Shown here: positions 54,605 to 64,000 of the stretch, in pieces
How positions within the stretch are numbered: position 1 is the stretch's first letter
Layout: each line of letters begins with the position of its first letter
NCBI GenBank assembly: GCA_963849495.1
Contig: CAWKHN010000012.1
Span: 21,906-85,905 of the forward strand
Direction of reading: 5' to 3'
DNA length: 64,000 nucleotides
Source: an uncultured Chloroflexia bacterium
GTDB lineage: Bacteria > Chloroflexota > Limnocylindria > Limnocylindrales > CSP1-4
Position numbers and translations under genes: made by a program
Notes under the pieces: generated by a model
Told to the model about the DNA's origin: nothing
Seen by the model: only the letters and a program-made list of their open reading frames with translations
Databases searched by the model: none

Positions 54605-56997
54605 ACGGCCGGCTGTGGCCAGGTCCAGTCGGAGATCTCGGGCGCATCCTCGCCCTCGAGCCGGGTGTAGGCGCGGGCCTCGATGCGCTTGTCCACCATC
54701 AGCTGTCGCACGTGGCCCGCCCTCGGACCGAGGCCGGGAACGCGGTCGATGACGTCGATCACGAGGTGGAACCGGTCGAGGTCGTTGAGCATGACCATGT
54801 CGAAGGGCGTGGTGGTCGTGCCCTCCTCCTTGTAGCCGCGGACGTGGAGATTGGCGTGGTTCGTGCGCCGGTACGTGAGGCGGTGGATGAGCCACGGGTA
54901 ACCGTGGTATGCGAAGACGATCGGCTTGTCCGTCGTGAACAGGGCATCGAACTCGGCGTTGGAGAGCCCGTGCGGGTGCTCCTTCTCATCCTGGAGCCGC
55001 ATGAGGTCCACGACGTTGATGAACCGCACCTTCAGGTCCGGCAGGTGCTGGCGGATGAGGTCGACGGCGGCAAGCGCCTCGAGCGTGGGGATGTCCCCCG
55101 CTGCTGCGATGACGACATCCGGCTCGCCGCCCTGGTCATTGCTCGCCCAGTCCCAGATGCCGATGCCGCGCGTGCAGTGCAGGATCGCCTGGTCCATCGG
55201 CAGCCAGTTCGGCCCCGGCTGCTTGCCGGCTACGATCACGTTGACGTAATGGCGGCTCCGGAGGCAGTGGTCGCCAACCGACAGCAACGTGTTCGCGTCG
55301 GGCGGCAGGTAGACCCGGATCACGTCCGACTTCTTGTTCACGACGTGGTCGATGAAGCCCGGGTCCTGGTGCGAGAACCCGTTGTGGTCCTGGCGCCAGA
55401 CGAGCGAGCTCAGCACGTAGTTGAGGGACGCGATCGGCTGCCGCCACGGGATGTCACGGGTGACCTTCAGCCACTTCGCGTGCTGGTTGAACATCGAGTC
55501 GACGATGTGGATGAAGGCCTCGTAGCAGTTGAACAGGCCGTGTCGGCCGGTGAGCAGGTAGCCCTCCAGCCAGCCCTGGCACTGGTGCTCCGAGAGGACC
55601 TCCATGACCCGGCCCTCCGACGACTGGAACTCGTCCGTGGGCAGGAGCTCCGCGTCGAACTGGCGGTCCGTCACCTCGAACACCGCACTCAGCCGGTTGG
55701 ACAGCGTCTCATCGGGCCCGAACAGGCGGAAGGTGTCCCTGTTCCGATCGATGACTTCGCGCAGGTACGCGCTGAGCACACGCGTGGGCTCGGACGTCGT
55801 TGCCCCGGGGTTTGGGACGTCGACGGCATAGTCGCGGAAGTCTGGCAGCCGCAGGTCCCGGAGGAGCCCGCCGCCGTTGGCAACCGGGTTGGCGCTCATC
55901 CGCCGGTAGCTCTTGGGTGGCATCGCGGCAAGCTCCGGGACCAGGGTGCCGTGCTCGTCGAACAGCTCCTCGGGATGGTAGCTCCGCATCCAGCTCTCGA
56001 GGATCTCGCGGTGCTGGGTATTCGTGCGCACCTCAGCCATGGGCACCTGGTGCGACCGCCATGTGCCCTCGACCGGCTTGCCATCGATCTCCTTGGGCCC
56101 GGTCCAGCCCTTCGGCGTCTTGAACACGATCATCGGCCAGCGCGGCCGGTCCGTGATCCCGTCGTCGCGGGCCGCCTTCTGGATCGCGTGGATCTCCTCC
56201 ACCACGGTGTCGAGGACTGAGGCCAGCTGCTGGTGCACGTCGGCCGGGTCGTCGCCCTCGACGAAGTACGGCTTGTGGCCGTAGCCCTCCAGCAACGCCC
56301 GCAGCTCTGACTCGGGAATCCGTGCGAGGACGGTCGGATTCGCGATCTTGTAGCCGTTGAGGTGGAGGATCGGGAGGACGGCACCGTCGCGCACGGGGTT
56401 CAGGAACTTGTTGGAGTGCCAGCTGGTTGCCAGGGGACCCGTCTCGGCCTCACCGTCGCCAACGATCGCGCACACCAGGAGGTCGGGGTTGTCGAACGCC
56501 GCGCCGTACGCGTGGGACAGCGCGTAGCCGAGCTCGCCGCCCTCGTGGATGGACCCGGGTGTCTCCGGTGCCACGTGGCTCGGGATGCCGCCGGGAAACG
56601 AGAACTGGCGGAACAGCTTCCGCATCCCATCCTCGTCCGGCGTGATGCTCGGGTAGACCTCGCTGTAGGTTCCCTCGAGGTACGCGTTGGCCACGATGGC
56701 CGGGCCGCCGTGCCCGGGTCCGATGATGTAGATCGCGTTGAGGTCCCAGTTCCGGATCACCCGGTTCATGTGGGCGTAGATGAAGTTGAGACCCGGTGTC
56801 GTGCCCCAGTGGCCGAGAAGCCTCGGCTTCACATGCTCCGGCCTGAGCGGCTCACGCAGCAGGGGGTTGTCGAGCAGGTAGATCTGGCCGACGGACAGGT
56901 AGTTCGCCGCACGCCAGTAGGCGTCGATCCGCTGCAGTTCGTCGTCGGAAAGTGGGCCGGCCGCCGTGGAGGTCGGTCGAGTATCACCGGCGCTCAT
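54601..56997 (-). CDS. xfp: Xylulose-5-phosphate/fructose-6-phosphate phosphoketolase
   Basis: [40 protein letters not shown] and [13 protein letters not shown]. Confidence 0.97.
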   Translation of the reverse strand: MSAGDTRPTSTAAGPLSDDELQRIDAYWRAANYLSVGQIYLLDNPLLREPLRPEHVKPRLLGHWGTTPGLNFIYAHMNRVIRNWDLNAIYIIGPGHGGPAIVANAYLEGTYSEVYPSITPDEDGMRKLFRQFSFPGGIPSHVAPETPGSIHEGGELGYALSHAYGAAFDNPDLLVCAIVGDGEAETGPLATSWHSNKFLNPVRDGAVLPILHLNGYKIANPTVLARIPESELRALLEGYGHKPYFVEGDDPADVHQQLASVLDTVVEEIHAIQKAARDDGITDRPRWPMIVFKTPKGWTGPKEIDGKPVEGTWRSHQVPMAEVRTNTQHREILESWMRSYHPEELFDEHGTLVPELAAMPPKSYRRMSANPVANGGGLLRDLRLPDFRDYAVDVPNPGATTSEPTRVLSAYLREVIDRNRDTFRLFGPDETLSNRLSAVFEVTDRQFDAELLPTDEFQSSEGRVMEVLSEHQCQGWLEGYLLTGRHGLFNCYEAFIHIVDSMFNQHAKWLKVTRDIPWRQPIASLNYVLSSLVWRQDHNGFSHQDPGFIDHVVNKKSDVIRVYLPPDANTLLSVGDHCLRSRHYVNVIVAGKQPGPNWLPMDQAILHCTRGIGIWDWASNDQGGEPDVVIAAAGDIPTLEALAAVDLIRQHLPDLKVRFINVVDLMRLQDEKEHPHGLSNAEFDALFTTDKPIVFAYHGYPWLIHRLTYRRTNHANLHVRGYKEEGTTTTPFDMVMLNDLDRFHLVIDVIDRVPGLGPRAGHVRQLMVDKRIEARAYTRLEGEDAPEISDWTWPQPAV

Positions 56998-57117
56998 GCC
57001 TGTCCTCCGGTTCGTTGGGGTCCACGGACTAGCCTACCCCTCGGCAGGCTCGATCGCGACACGTGGATCCCCGCGGTTTCCCGGGTCTCCGGCAAGCCGG
57101 AGAAGTCACTGCCGTCC

Positions 57118-57266
57118 ACGATGAGACCCCGCGCATCACCCGGCGGTCGCCAAGGCGGCGCGGTCGCTGGCAGAGGCGATGACGCCCCGCGCATCACCCG
57201 GCGGGCGCCAGGGCGGCGCGGTCGCTGGCGGCGGCGATGAGGCCCGCGCATCACCCGGCGGGCGCA
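57118..57266. repeat. About 2.5 tandem copies of a 57-58-bp unit, each containing a REP-like imperfect palindrome (CGATGA...CGCGCATCACCC)
   Basis: GCGCATCACCCGGCGG recurs at 57131, 57189 and 57246. Confidence 0.85.
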
Positions 57267-57301
57267 AGTCGCCGATAAGGGACACGTGGTGTGATGCGCC
57301 G

Positions 57302-57595
57302 ATGCAGGACCTCGACGACGCGACGGCCAAGGGCGCGCTGGGGGCATGGATCGCCCGATGGCGACGCCAGGCGGGCGTTTCCCAGCGGGCGCTGGCGTGG
57401 CACGCGGGCGTCGACCAGGGCGGTCTGTCGCGGGTCGAGCGCGGCCTTGAGGGCCTCGGGTCGCGTCGCCTGGCACGTCTCGTGATCGTGCTGGATGAGC
57501 TCTGCGCTCAGGGGTCCATGGGCTCACTGCCACCGCCACCTGTGGTCCTTCGTCGTGCGCGGCATCCGGCTGCCGGCTCACGCGACCCGCAGTGA
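57302..57595 (+). CDS. Small XRE-family helix-turn-helix protein
   Basis: LGAWIARWRRQAGVSQRALAWHAGVDQGGLSRVERG. Confidence 0.75.
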   Translation: MQDLDDATAKGALGAWIARWRRQAGVSQRALAWHAGVDQGGLSRVERGLEGLGSRRLARLVIVLDELCAQGSMGSLPPPPVVLRRARHPAAGSRDPQ

Positions 57596-57667
57596 CCGGG
57601 CGGTCGGCCCTGAGGCGCACGCTGGCCCCGGCTGCCATGTTCCTGGGCGGCCGCCCCGCACCGCCAC

Positions 57668-57812
57668 GTGATGCGGCGAGGCTCATCGCAGGTAGCAGTG
57701 GATGTCGGGGCGCCGCATCCGCCGAGCGCCGGGCGCCGCATCCGCCGAGCACGGGGCGACGCCAATCTCGGCGCGACGCCGCGCGCGCGGGTGATGCGGC
57801 GAGACTCATCGC
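57668..57812. repeat. Two inverted REP-like copies (GTGATGCGGCGAGRCTCATCGC at 57668 and 57791) around a 24-bp tandem duplication
   Basis: Near reverse complement of the left-hand palindromes. GGGCGCCGCATCCGCCGAGC is repeated between them. Confidence 0.75.
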
Positions 57813-57842
57813 CAACCGCGGTGGATTTCCCTGGGCCGGGGC

Positions 57843-58265
57843 TCAGCCGTCGCGACGGAGGGTCACCACCAGCATCAGGAACGACGTCTCGAGCACGTCG
57901 ACGCCGGCGATCACGAGCGCGACGACGAACGGGACCGGGTGACCGACAAGCCAGCCGACGCCGGCGGCGAAGGCGGCGACCGCAAGGAACACGTACCGCG
58001 CCCCGCGAACGAGAGTGGCCACGTCCCGGGCGGCGAGCTCAGCGGTCCTCATTCCGCGTCCGGCCTCCAGCGATCGCACGGCGCGTCCGACGAGAGCAAG
58101 CCCGAGGACAACCGAGGCACCAACGAGGGCTGCCCGGACGAGGGCAGGCGGGGTGGCCAGCGCCTCCAGCAGCGACCCGTTCCAGCCGAGCAGGGTCCCA
58201 CCGGCGAAGGCAAGGACCCCGAACCCAAGCCATGCCACGCGGCCGCGGTCGAGCGGCTCAGCCAT
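57843..58265 (-). CDS. Hypothetical membrane protein (about 4 TM)
   Basis: Hydrophobic ORF overlapping the GNAT stop; last gene of the operon. Confidence 0.7.
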   Translation of the reverse strand: MAEPLDRGRVAWLGFGVLAFAGGTLLGWNGSLLEALATPPALVRAALVGASVVLGLALVGRAVRSLEAGRGMRTAELAARDVATLVRGARYVFLAVAAFAAGVGWLVGHPVPFVVALVIAGVDVLETSFLMLVVTLRRDG

Positions 58266-58818
58266 CAACCAGGTCGCCGGGGAGCAGGTCCAGCAGCAGG
58301 CCGTCGTGCCAGGTACCGTCGGGGCCGCGCTCGTAGCTGCGCATCACCCCGACCGGGCGGAACCCGACCTTGGCGTACGCTCGGATCGCGTTGGCGTTCG
58401 CAGCGCTGGGATCGATCGTGATCCGGTGATGTCGGCGGACGGCGAACAGCCACCTTGCGACCGCACGGATCGCGTCCGGGCCGAGGCCCTGCCCCTGCGC
58501 CGACCCGAGCAGCGAGAGGTCGATGCCCGCGTGCCGGTAGTCGGGCTCTGTCTCCTCCCATCCCTGGATGATGCCCACGATCGCCCCCTCGACCTCGATC
58601 GCCCAGACCACGCGGTTCGCTTCCGGCACAACGTGCTCGCGCGCCTCGGCTACGGGATCGGGCGCCGGCCACCAGCGTCGGACGGTCGGGTCCGAGAACA
58701 GCGCGGTGAAGGCCGTCAGGTGCTCGTCCGTCGCCGGGACCAGCCGCACCCTGTTGCCCGTGAGTGCCGCGACCCCCGCGGGCAATTTGGGAACGGACGT
58801 GTCCCGGTCGGGGATCAT
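58258..58818 (-). CDS. GNAT acetyltransferase (aminoglycoside 6'-N-acetyltransferase/RimJ-like)
   Basis: HAGIDL.L...QGQGLG, HHRITIDP..AN..AIRAY.KVGF. Confidence 0.85.
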   Translation of the reverse strand: MIPDRDTSVPKLPAGVAALTGNRVRLVPATDEHLTAFTALFSDPTVRRWWPAPDPVAEAREHVVPEANRVVWAIEVEGAIVGIIQGWEETEPDYRHAGIDLSLLGSAQGQGLGPDAIRAVARWLFAVRRHHRITIDPSAANANAIRAYAKVGFRPVGVMRSYERGPDGTWHDGLLLDLLPGDLVDG

Positions 58819-59264
58819 GCGACCTCCAGGGGGACCTCCTGCGTCCCGCCATCGACGATCCGCCACGCGCGAAGGGACGGCGAGCCCGTGGATGGGTCGG
58901 CCTCGTCCGGCGACAGCGAGACCAGGATGTACAGCGCGTCGGGGTAGAAGGCGAGCCCGATATCCGTGGGCGACGGGACGGCTGGCGACTTCACGTGCGA
59001 ATGGACGATCGCCCAGAACACCTGGTCGTCGCCGTCGGCCGCGAGCGTGATCCGGAACAGGTCATCAGGGTGGATCTCGTAGCGGTAGGGCGAGGCCGCC
59101 CTGTTTCGACATGCTTCATACCGGACCGCGGTCCCGCCGTCTGCCGCGGACCCGGTGCCGATGACCAGCCCGCACGCCTCGTTGGGGTACTCGTCGCGGG
59201 CCTGGGCCACGATCGTATCCGCGATATCGACGGGGAGGCGAGCGACGGCCGGCTCGATCACCAC
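58815..59264 (-). CDS. mec: JAMM/M67 metallopeptidase (CysO-cysteine peptidase-like)
   Basis: YPNEACGL and the HSH..SPA.PS.TD JAMM motif. Adjacent to cysM and cysO. Confidence 0.88.
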   Translation of the reverse strand: MVIEPAVARLPVDIADTIVAQARDEYPNEACGLVIGTGSAADGGTAVRYEACRNRAASPYRYEIHPDDLFRITLAADGDDQVFWAIVHSHVKSPAVPSPTDIGLAFYPDALYILVSLSPDEADPSTGSPSLRAWRIVDGGTQEVPLEVA

Positions 59265-60268
59265 CAGTTGACCCCGCCCTCGAAGTCGTCCTCCATCTCG
59301 TCCAGATCTCGCTCGAACGTGCCGGCCGAGAGGTATTTCCAGCCGCCGTCCGGGAGCAGGGCCACGATCGTGCCGGCGTCCATCTGACGCGCCTCGCGCG
59401 CGGCCGCCACGAGCACCGCGCCGCATGACGGTCCGGCGAACACGCCCTCCTTGAACACCAGGTCTCGGAGAGCCGCGACGGCGTCCCGGTTCGACACCAG
59501 GTATTTCGCATCGAGCATCGACGGATCGAGGATCTCGGGCACGAAGCCCTCCTCCAGCGACCGCAGGCCCTGCACGTTTTCCCCGGGGAGCGGCTCCGCG
59601 GCGACGATCCTCACCCGCGGCTTGTGCTCCCGGAGGTAGCGGCCCGTCCCCATCAACGTCCCCGAGGTGCCCAGCCCGGCCACGAACACGTCGATCTCGG
59701 GGCAATCGGCGAGGATCTCCGGACCCGTGGTCTCGTAGTGGGCCAGCGGGTTCGCGTCGTTCCCGTACTGGTATGGCATCACGAACCGGGGATCGCTCGC
59801 GCACAGCTCCTTGGCCATCGCGATCGCCCCATTGGACCCGAGGCGACCGGGCGAGTCGATGATCTCGGCGCCGAACAGCGCCGCCACCTGGCGCCGTTCC
59901 ATGGTCACGTTGTCCGGCATCACCAGCGCCACCCGGTACCCCCGGCGACGCCCGATCATCGCCAGCGCGATGCCGGTGTTGCCGGATGTCGGCTCCAGGA
60001 TGATCGAGTCCGGGTGCAGGAGCCCGCGCCGTTCCAGGTCCTCGACCAGGTACTTTGCGGCGCGATCCTTCACGGACCCCGTGGGGTTGTACATCTCGAG
60101 CTTCGCGTAGATGCGGACCCTAGGGTTCGGGCTCATGCGGGGGATGGCGACCAGCGGCGTATGGCCGACCGCGTCGAGGATGGACTCGTAGCGACCGCCG
60201 TGGCGCCCGAGCACATCGTGCGCGTGCGCGTGGAGGTCGTCGGCCGCCGTCATGCCGGCCGCCGTCAC
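59258..60268 (-). CDS. cysM: PLP-dependent cysteine synthase, sulfur-carrier-dependent CysM type
   Basis: KLE..NPTGSVKDR, EPTSGNTG, GLGTSGT and DGGWKYLS. Clustered with cysO and mec. Confidence 0.88.
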   Translation of the reverse strand: MTAAGMTAADDLHAHAHDVLGRHGGRYESILDAVGHTPLVAIPRMSPNPRVRIYAKLEMYNPTGSVKDRAAKYLVEDLERRGLLHPDSIILEPTSGNTGIALAMIGRRRGYRVALVMPDNVTMERRQVAALFGAEIIDSPGRLGSNGAIAMAKELCASDPRFVMPYQYGNDANPLAHYETTGPEILADCPEIDVFVAGLGTSGTLMGTGRYLREHKPRVRIVAAEPLPGENVQGLRSLEEGFVPEILDPSMLDAKYLVSNRDAVAALRDLVFKEGVFAGPSCGAVLVAAAREARQMDAGTIVALLPDGGWKYLSAGTFERDLDEMEDDFEGGVNWW

Positions 60269-60570
60269 CGTGCCTCGCCGGACCCGCCGGACCCGCCGGA
60301 CCCGCCGGCCATCGCTGGCAGGAGCCGGACCTCGTCTGCGTCGGCCACGGTGGTCCCGCGCCCGTCGAGATAGCGCACATCCTGGCCGTTGACGTAGACG
60401 TTGACGAACCGGTTGAGCTCGCCGTCCTCGGTGAACAGCTGATCGCGAAGCGCGGGATACGTCGCGACGAGACCGTCGAGCACCTCGCCGATCGTCGATC
60501 CGGGGGAATCCACCTCCCGTGCACCTCCCACGTTCGCACGCAGGACGGCGGGGAATTTGACCGTGCTCAC
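60265..60570 (-). CDS. cysO: MoaD/ThiS-family ubiquitin-like sulfur carrier with C-terminal extension
   Basis: FVNVYVNGQDVRYL...LLPAMAGG followed by SGGSGGSGEAR. GTGA overlaps at both ends. Confidence 0.88.
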   Translation of the reverse strand: MSTVKFPAVLRANVGGAREVDSPGSTIGEVLDGLVATYPALRDQLFTEDGELNRFVNVYVNGQDVRYLDGRGTTVADADEVRLLPAMAGGSGGSGGSGEAR

Positions 60571-61760
60571 CGTGATCCTCCCAGGACGAAGACGCCGTCG
60601 CTGAACGTCGCGACGGGAAGAGGGGTCCCGGCCTCGCGGGCCGCTCGCGCGGCGTCGGAGCAGACGGGGCAGCCCGGATCGCGGCGGAGGCGGAGCTCGG
60701 TGAACTCGGTCTCGAGGGCGTCGAACAGGAGCAGCCGGCCGGCCAGGGTCTCGCCGATGCCCAGCAGGAGCTTGAGCACCTCGTTGGCCTGGAGCATGCC
60801 CATGATCCCGGGCACGACGCCCAGGACCCCGGCCACGGAGCAGCCCGGGGCGAGCTCGGGTGGCGGCGGCGTGGGGTACAGGCAGCGATAGCACGGTCCC
60901 TCGTACGGGACGAACGTCGTGAGCTGGCCCTCGAACCGGAACACCGACGCGTGCACGACCGGGATGCCGGCCGCCACCGCGGCGTCGTTGAGGATGTAGC
61001 GGGTCTCGAACGTGTCCGTGCCGTCGAGGATCACGTCGTAGCCGGCGATGATCCGCTCGACGTTGTCTCCGACCAGCATCTCGTCGTGGGCCACGACGTC
61101 CACGTCCGGGTTGAGGGCGGTCAGCGTCCTGCGCGCGGACTCCACCTTCTTCTCGCCGACCCGGTCGGTGGTATGGACGACCTGGCGTTGCAGGTTCGAC
61201 AGGTCGACGACGTCGAAGTCGACGATCCCGATCGTTCCCACGCCGGCGGCGGCAAGGTAGAGCGACGCCGGCGACCCGAGCCCGCCGGCGCCGATCAGCA
61301 GCACCTTCGACTCGAGCAGCTTCGCCTGGCCAGCCGACCCGACCTCGGGGATCAGCAGGTGACGGCTGTAGCGGACCTTCTGCTGGTCCGTGAGCTGCAC
61401 GGGCTGCGACCAGGGCAGGCCGTGACCCTTCCATGCCTGGAAGCCGCCGCTCATCGAGGCAACGTTCGTGTAGCCCATCGCGGCCAGGGTCTGGCCGGCG
61501 AACAGCGAGCGGACACCGCCCGCGCAATACAGGACGACGGGCGTGTCGCGGGTGGGGACGACAGCCTCGATCTCCTGCTCCAGGTAGCTCTTGGAGACGT
61601 GGGTGGCGCCGGGCACGTGGCCCTCGTCCCATTCGGACGTCTCGCGGACATCGATCAGCGCGATGCCGCCGCGCTGTCTGAGCGCATCCGCCTCGGCCGG
61701 CGTGATCTCGCGGATCTCGCTGCGGGCCTCTCGGAGGAGCTCAGCGTAGGTCTTGGACAT
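60567..61760 (-). CDS. moeB: Rhodanese + ThiF/MoeB adenylyltransferase (MoeZ-like)
   Basis: Rhodanese DVRE..EW..GH.PGA and YCAGGVRS. E1 domain RYSRH, GAGGLG, SNLQRQ and CYRC/CPVC. Confidence 0.92.
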   Translation of the reverse strand: MSKTYAELLREARSEIREITPAEADALRQRGGIALIDVRETSEWDEGHVPGATHVSKSYLEQEIEAVVPTRDTPVVLYCAGGVRSLFAGQTLAAMGYTNVASMSGGFQAWKGHGLPWSQPVQLTDQQKVRYSRHLLIPEVGSAGQAKLLESKVLLIGAGGLGSPASLYLAAAGVGTIGIVDFDVVDLSNLQRQVVHTTDRVGEKKVESARRTLTALNPDVDVVAHDEMLVGDNVERIIAGYDVILDGTDTFETRYILNDAAVAAGIPVVHASVFRFEGQLTTFVPYEGPCYRCLYPTPPPPELAPGCSVAGVLGVVPGIMGMLQANEVLKLLLGIGETLAGRLLLFDALETEFTELRLRRDPGCPVCSDAARAAREAGTPLPVATFSDGVFVLGGSR

Positions 61761-61913
61761 GAGCGGGGTTGCTCCGGTGGACGACGGGCCGCCGGTGAAC
61801 GGCGGGGCGGGACGATTGTCAGCGGGTGGGATCCGGACGGGGGCCGCCGGGACGCGGCATCCGGACGCGGTCAGCCGGCGGTCAGGCCGGCCGGCGACAC
61901 GCGCAGCGGCGCA

Positions 61914-62309
61914 TCAGCCGGCGTCCGTGGCGATCGGCTTGGCGCCGATCTCCTCGAGAAGATGCTGGAGGGACTCGAAGCTGAGCATGGCGCACTTCAG
62001 GCGCGCCGGGCTGATATCGATCCCGAGCAGGTCAAGCAGGTCGACCGCCTGGAACGCCGCGACGTCCGCGACCGGCTTGCCCTTCACCTCGTCGGTCAGG
62101 AGCGAGGCCGACGCCTGGCTGATGGCACAACCGCGACCGGTGAAGCCAACGCTTTCAACAACCCCGTCCTTGACGGTCAGCTGCATCGTGATCCGGTCGC
62201 CGCACAGGGGGTTGGCGCCCTCGTAGGTCGCGGACGGATCGTCGAGCACGCCGAAGTTGTGGGGCCGCCGGTAGTGCTCCAGGATGTAGTCGCGATACAG
62301 ATCGTCCAT
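61914..62309 (-). CDS. sufU: SufU/IscU-type Fe-S scaffold / sulfurtransferase
   Basis: LYRDYILEHY..PHN, NPLCGD, GCAISQASAS and RLKCA. Confidence 0.9.
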   Translation of the reverse strand: MDDLYRDYILEHYRRPHNFGVLDDPSATYEGANPLCGDRITMQLTVKDGVVESVGFTGRGCAISQASASLLTDEVKGKPVADVAAFQAVDLLDLLGIDISPARLKCAMLSFESLQHLLEEIGAKPIATDAG

Positions 62310-62659
62310 GGCCGAGGTCGAGTGTAGCGCCCCGCCCGAATTCCGACCAGAACGGTGGGGATTGGCGGTTCCGGGGCAATCCCGACAACAGCCACGCGGC
62401 GGCCGACCCGTCCGTTTGGCCGTCCGATCACAGTCCGTTAGCCGCGACAGGCGCGCGACAGGGTACGGCGGCGGGTAGTATGCGATTCGCAACGCTGGGC
62501 GCCGAGGCGGCGAGACCTTCGCCGAGGTATCGCCAGCGCCGCCGAGATGCAGGAGGAGAACCAGCCACTGATCTCGAACCCGAAGTCGTCTCCGCCGCTC
62601 CTCGTCCCGGTGCGGCGGCCAGACGGTGCAGAGCCAATCACCTCGTGTAGGAGAAGCCC

Positions 62660-63772
62660 GTGAACATGAGATCCCGTGCACTCGTCGGCCTGGCGGTGGT
62701 TGCCGTCCTGGTCGCCGCCTGCGGCAGCTCGAACTCGTCGGACAAGGCAAAGACCGCGACCTCGGCCGCCGACATGGGCGGCATGGACGCCCTCGTCACG
62801 GCCGCCAAGGCCGAGGGCACCCTGAACGTCATCGCGCTCCCGCCCGACTGGGCGAACTACGGCCAGATGATCACCGACTTCACCGCGAAGTACGGCATCA
62901 AGATCGTCTCCGACCAGCCCGACGGCAGCAGTGCCGATGAGATCACCGCTGCCAAGAACAACGCGGGCACCGACGCCGCACCCGACGTGTTCGACCTCGG
63001 CGCCAACGTGGCGATCGCGAACACCGACCTGTTCGCGCCGTACCAGGTGGCCGAGTGGAGCGACATCCCGGCCAACCTCAAGGAATCCACCGGCCTGTGG
63101 GTCAGCGACTACGCCGGCTACATGTCGATCGGCTGCGACACCGGCAAGGTCGCGATGCCGGCCACGGTGGCCGACCTGCTCAAGCCCGAGTACAAGGGCA
63201 TGATCGCCCTCAACGGCGACCCGACCCAGGCCTCCGCAGGCTTCCACGGCGTCGTCATGGCAGCCTTGGCCAACGGCGGCTCGGCCGACAACATCGGCCC
63301 CGGCGTGGACTTCTTCAAGAAGCTGTATGACGCGGGCAACCTCCTGCCCGTGGACCCGAACCCGGCCACGATCAAGTCGGGCCAGACGCCCTGCGTGATC
63401 GACTGGGAGTACAACAACGCCGCCCAGACCGCTGCCCTCAAGGGCACGATGGACTGGAAGGTCGTCATCCCGTCCGACGCCCCGCCGGTCGCTGCCTACT
63501 ACATCCAGGCAATCAACAAGCAGGCCCCGCATCCGGCCGCCGCTCGCCTGTGGGAGGAGTACCTCTACTCCGCTGCCGGCCAGAACACGTGGCTCAAGGG
63601 CTTCGCCCGGCCTGTGCTCCAGGACGTCATGATCAAGAACGGAACGATCGACCAGACCGCGCTGAGCGCACTGGCGACCACGACCGGCACGCCCGTCGTC
63701 CTCACCCAGGACCAGCTGGCCGCCGGCCAGGCATACCTGAAGAGCAACTGGAACTTCATCACGATCAAGTAG
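62660..63772 (+). CDS. ABC transporter substrate-binding lipoprotein (Fe3+/thiamine/polyamine class)
   Basis: Lipobox LVAAC, AAKAEG.L, DLLKPEYKG and APHPAAARLWEEY. AGGAG RBS. Confidence 0.9.
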   Translation: MNMRSRALVGLAVVAVLVAACGSSNSSDKAKTATSAADMGGMDALVTAAKAEGTLNVIALPPDWANYGQMITDFTAKYGIKIVSDQPDGSSADEITAAKNNAGTDAAPDVFDLGANVAIANTDLFAPYQVAEWSDIPANLKESTGLWVSDYAGYMSIGCDTGKVAMPATVADLLKPEYKGMIALNGDPTQASAGFHGVVMAALANGGSADNIGPGVDFFKKLYDAGNLLPVDPNPATIKSGQTPCVIDWEYNNAAQTAALKGTMDWKVVIPSDAPPVAAYYIQAINKQAPHPAAARLWEEYLYSAAGQNTWLKGFARPVLQDVMIKNGTIDQTALSALATTTGTPVVLTQDQLAAGQAYLKSNWNFITIK

Positions 63773-63790
63773 CTGGGAGATAGCACTCCC

Positions 63791-64000
63791 GTGAACGAGC
63801 CTGCCGGCACGCCCGCGATCCGCGGCGTGCCGGCCGACGGTTCCGGTACCGGCCCCCGATCGAGTGGGGCCGGTACGCGGCGCCCGCGGCGGATCAGCCC
63901 GTACGTCGGGCTGATCCCCTTCTTCCTCTACGTGACGGTGTTCCTGCTGCTGCCGACAGGGATCGTGGCGGTGGGCGCCTTCCAGGACGCCGCAGGTGCA
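63791..64000 (+). CDS. ABC transporter permease, 3'-truncated by the window edge
   Basis: GTG 63791 opens a frame to the window end containing GLIPFFLYVTVFLLLPTGIVAVGAF. Confidence 0.75.
   Translation, partial: MNEPAGTPAIRGVPADGSGTGPRSSGAGTRRPRRISPYVGLIPFFLYVTVFLLLPTGIVAVGAFQDAAGA
63846..63876. other. Stem-loop (GTACCGGCCCC / GGGGCCGGTAC) just after the binding-protein gene
   Basis: Perfect 11-bp stem. Position is typical of hairpins that stabilise binding-protein mRNA. Confidence 0.5.

Noticed and set aside
52451-56997. xfp-ackA pair with stop codons abutting the convergent Usp gene
   Set aside because: Well-known phosphoketolase/acetate kinase arrangement; the abutting stops reflect compact packing.
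57118-57266. Possible CRISPR array
   Set aside because: The intervening sequences are near-identical rather than unique spacers, there are only three units, and no cas genes are present.
1-64000. tRNA, rRNA, transposase, integrase or reverse transcriptase genes
   Set aside because: None recognised by eye. A tRNAscan-SE/Rfam search would be needed to exclude small RNAs.

Overview
High-GC bacterial chromosome segment. The gene repertoire and frequent leaderless starts suggest a Chloroflexota/Actinomycetota-like soil or sediment organism (inference, not a database result). Most of it is housekeeping or accessory metabolism: GGDEF protein, tmk, tldD/tldE, P-type ATPase, Ycf45-like R3H ATPase, pdxST, HNH nuclease, CCA enzyme, galE, three Tad minor pilins, MFS transporter, a glucosylglycerate cluster, nth, nucleoside hydrolase plus ECF transporter, xfp-ackA, a moeZ-cysO-cysM-mec sulfur relay, sufU and an ABC importer. 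No rRNA, tRNA, CRISPR array or transposase was recognised. The standout region is 6.1-21.6 kb. A SARP/BTAD-STAND regulator lies divergent from six tandem paralogous multi-pass membrane proteins. Each of the six stops just after what looks like the start of a GAF domain. A hidden 37-aa ORF in the array consists only of that GAF-start tail. Next comes a soluble protein that begins with the apparently missing GAF remainder, fused to a PP2C phosphatase and an RsbW-like ATPase, followed by two STAS proteins. Three promoters in the cluster share the same CGTAACG 11-bp direct-repeat and -10 geometry. I interpret this as a candidate split-GAF, interchangeable-sensor partner-switching system. Other oddities: a catalytically degenerate DNA-ligase-like protein, a Usp-Usp-GpgS fusion, an XRE gene bracketed by REP-like palindromes, and a sulfur carrier with a (GGS)n extension. 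Many start codons were re-chosen by eye from the ORF track.
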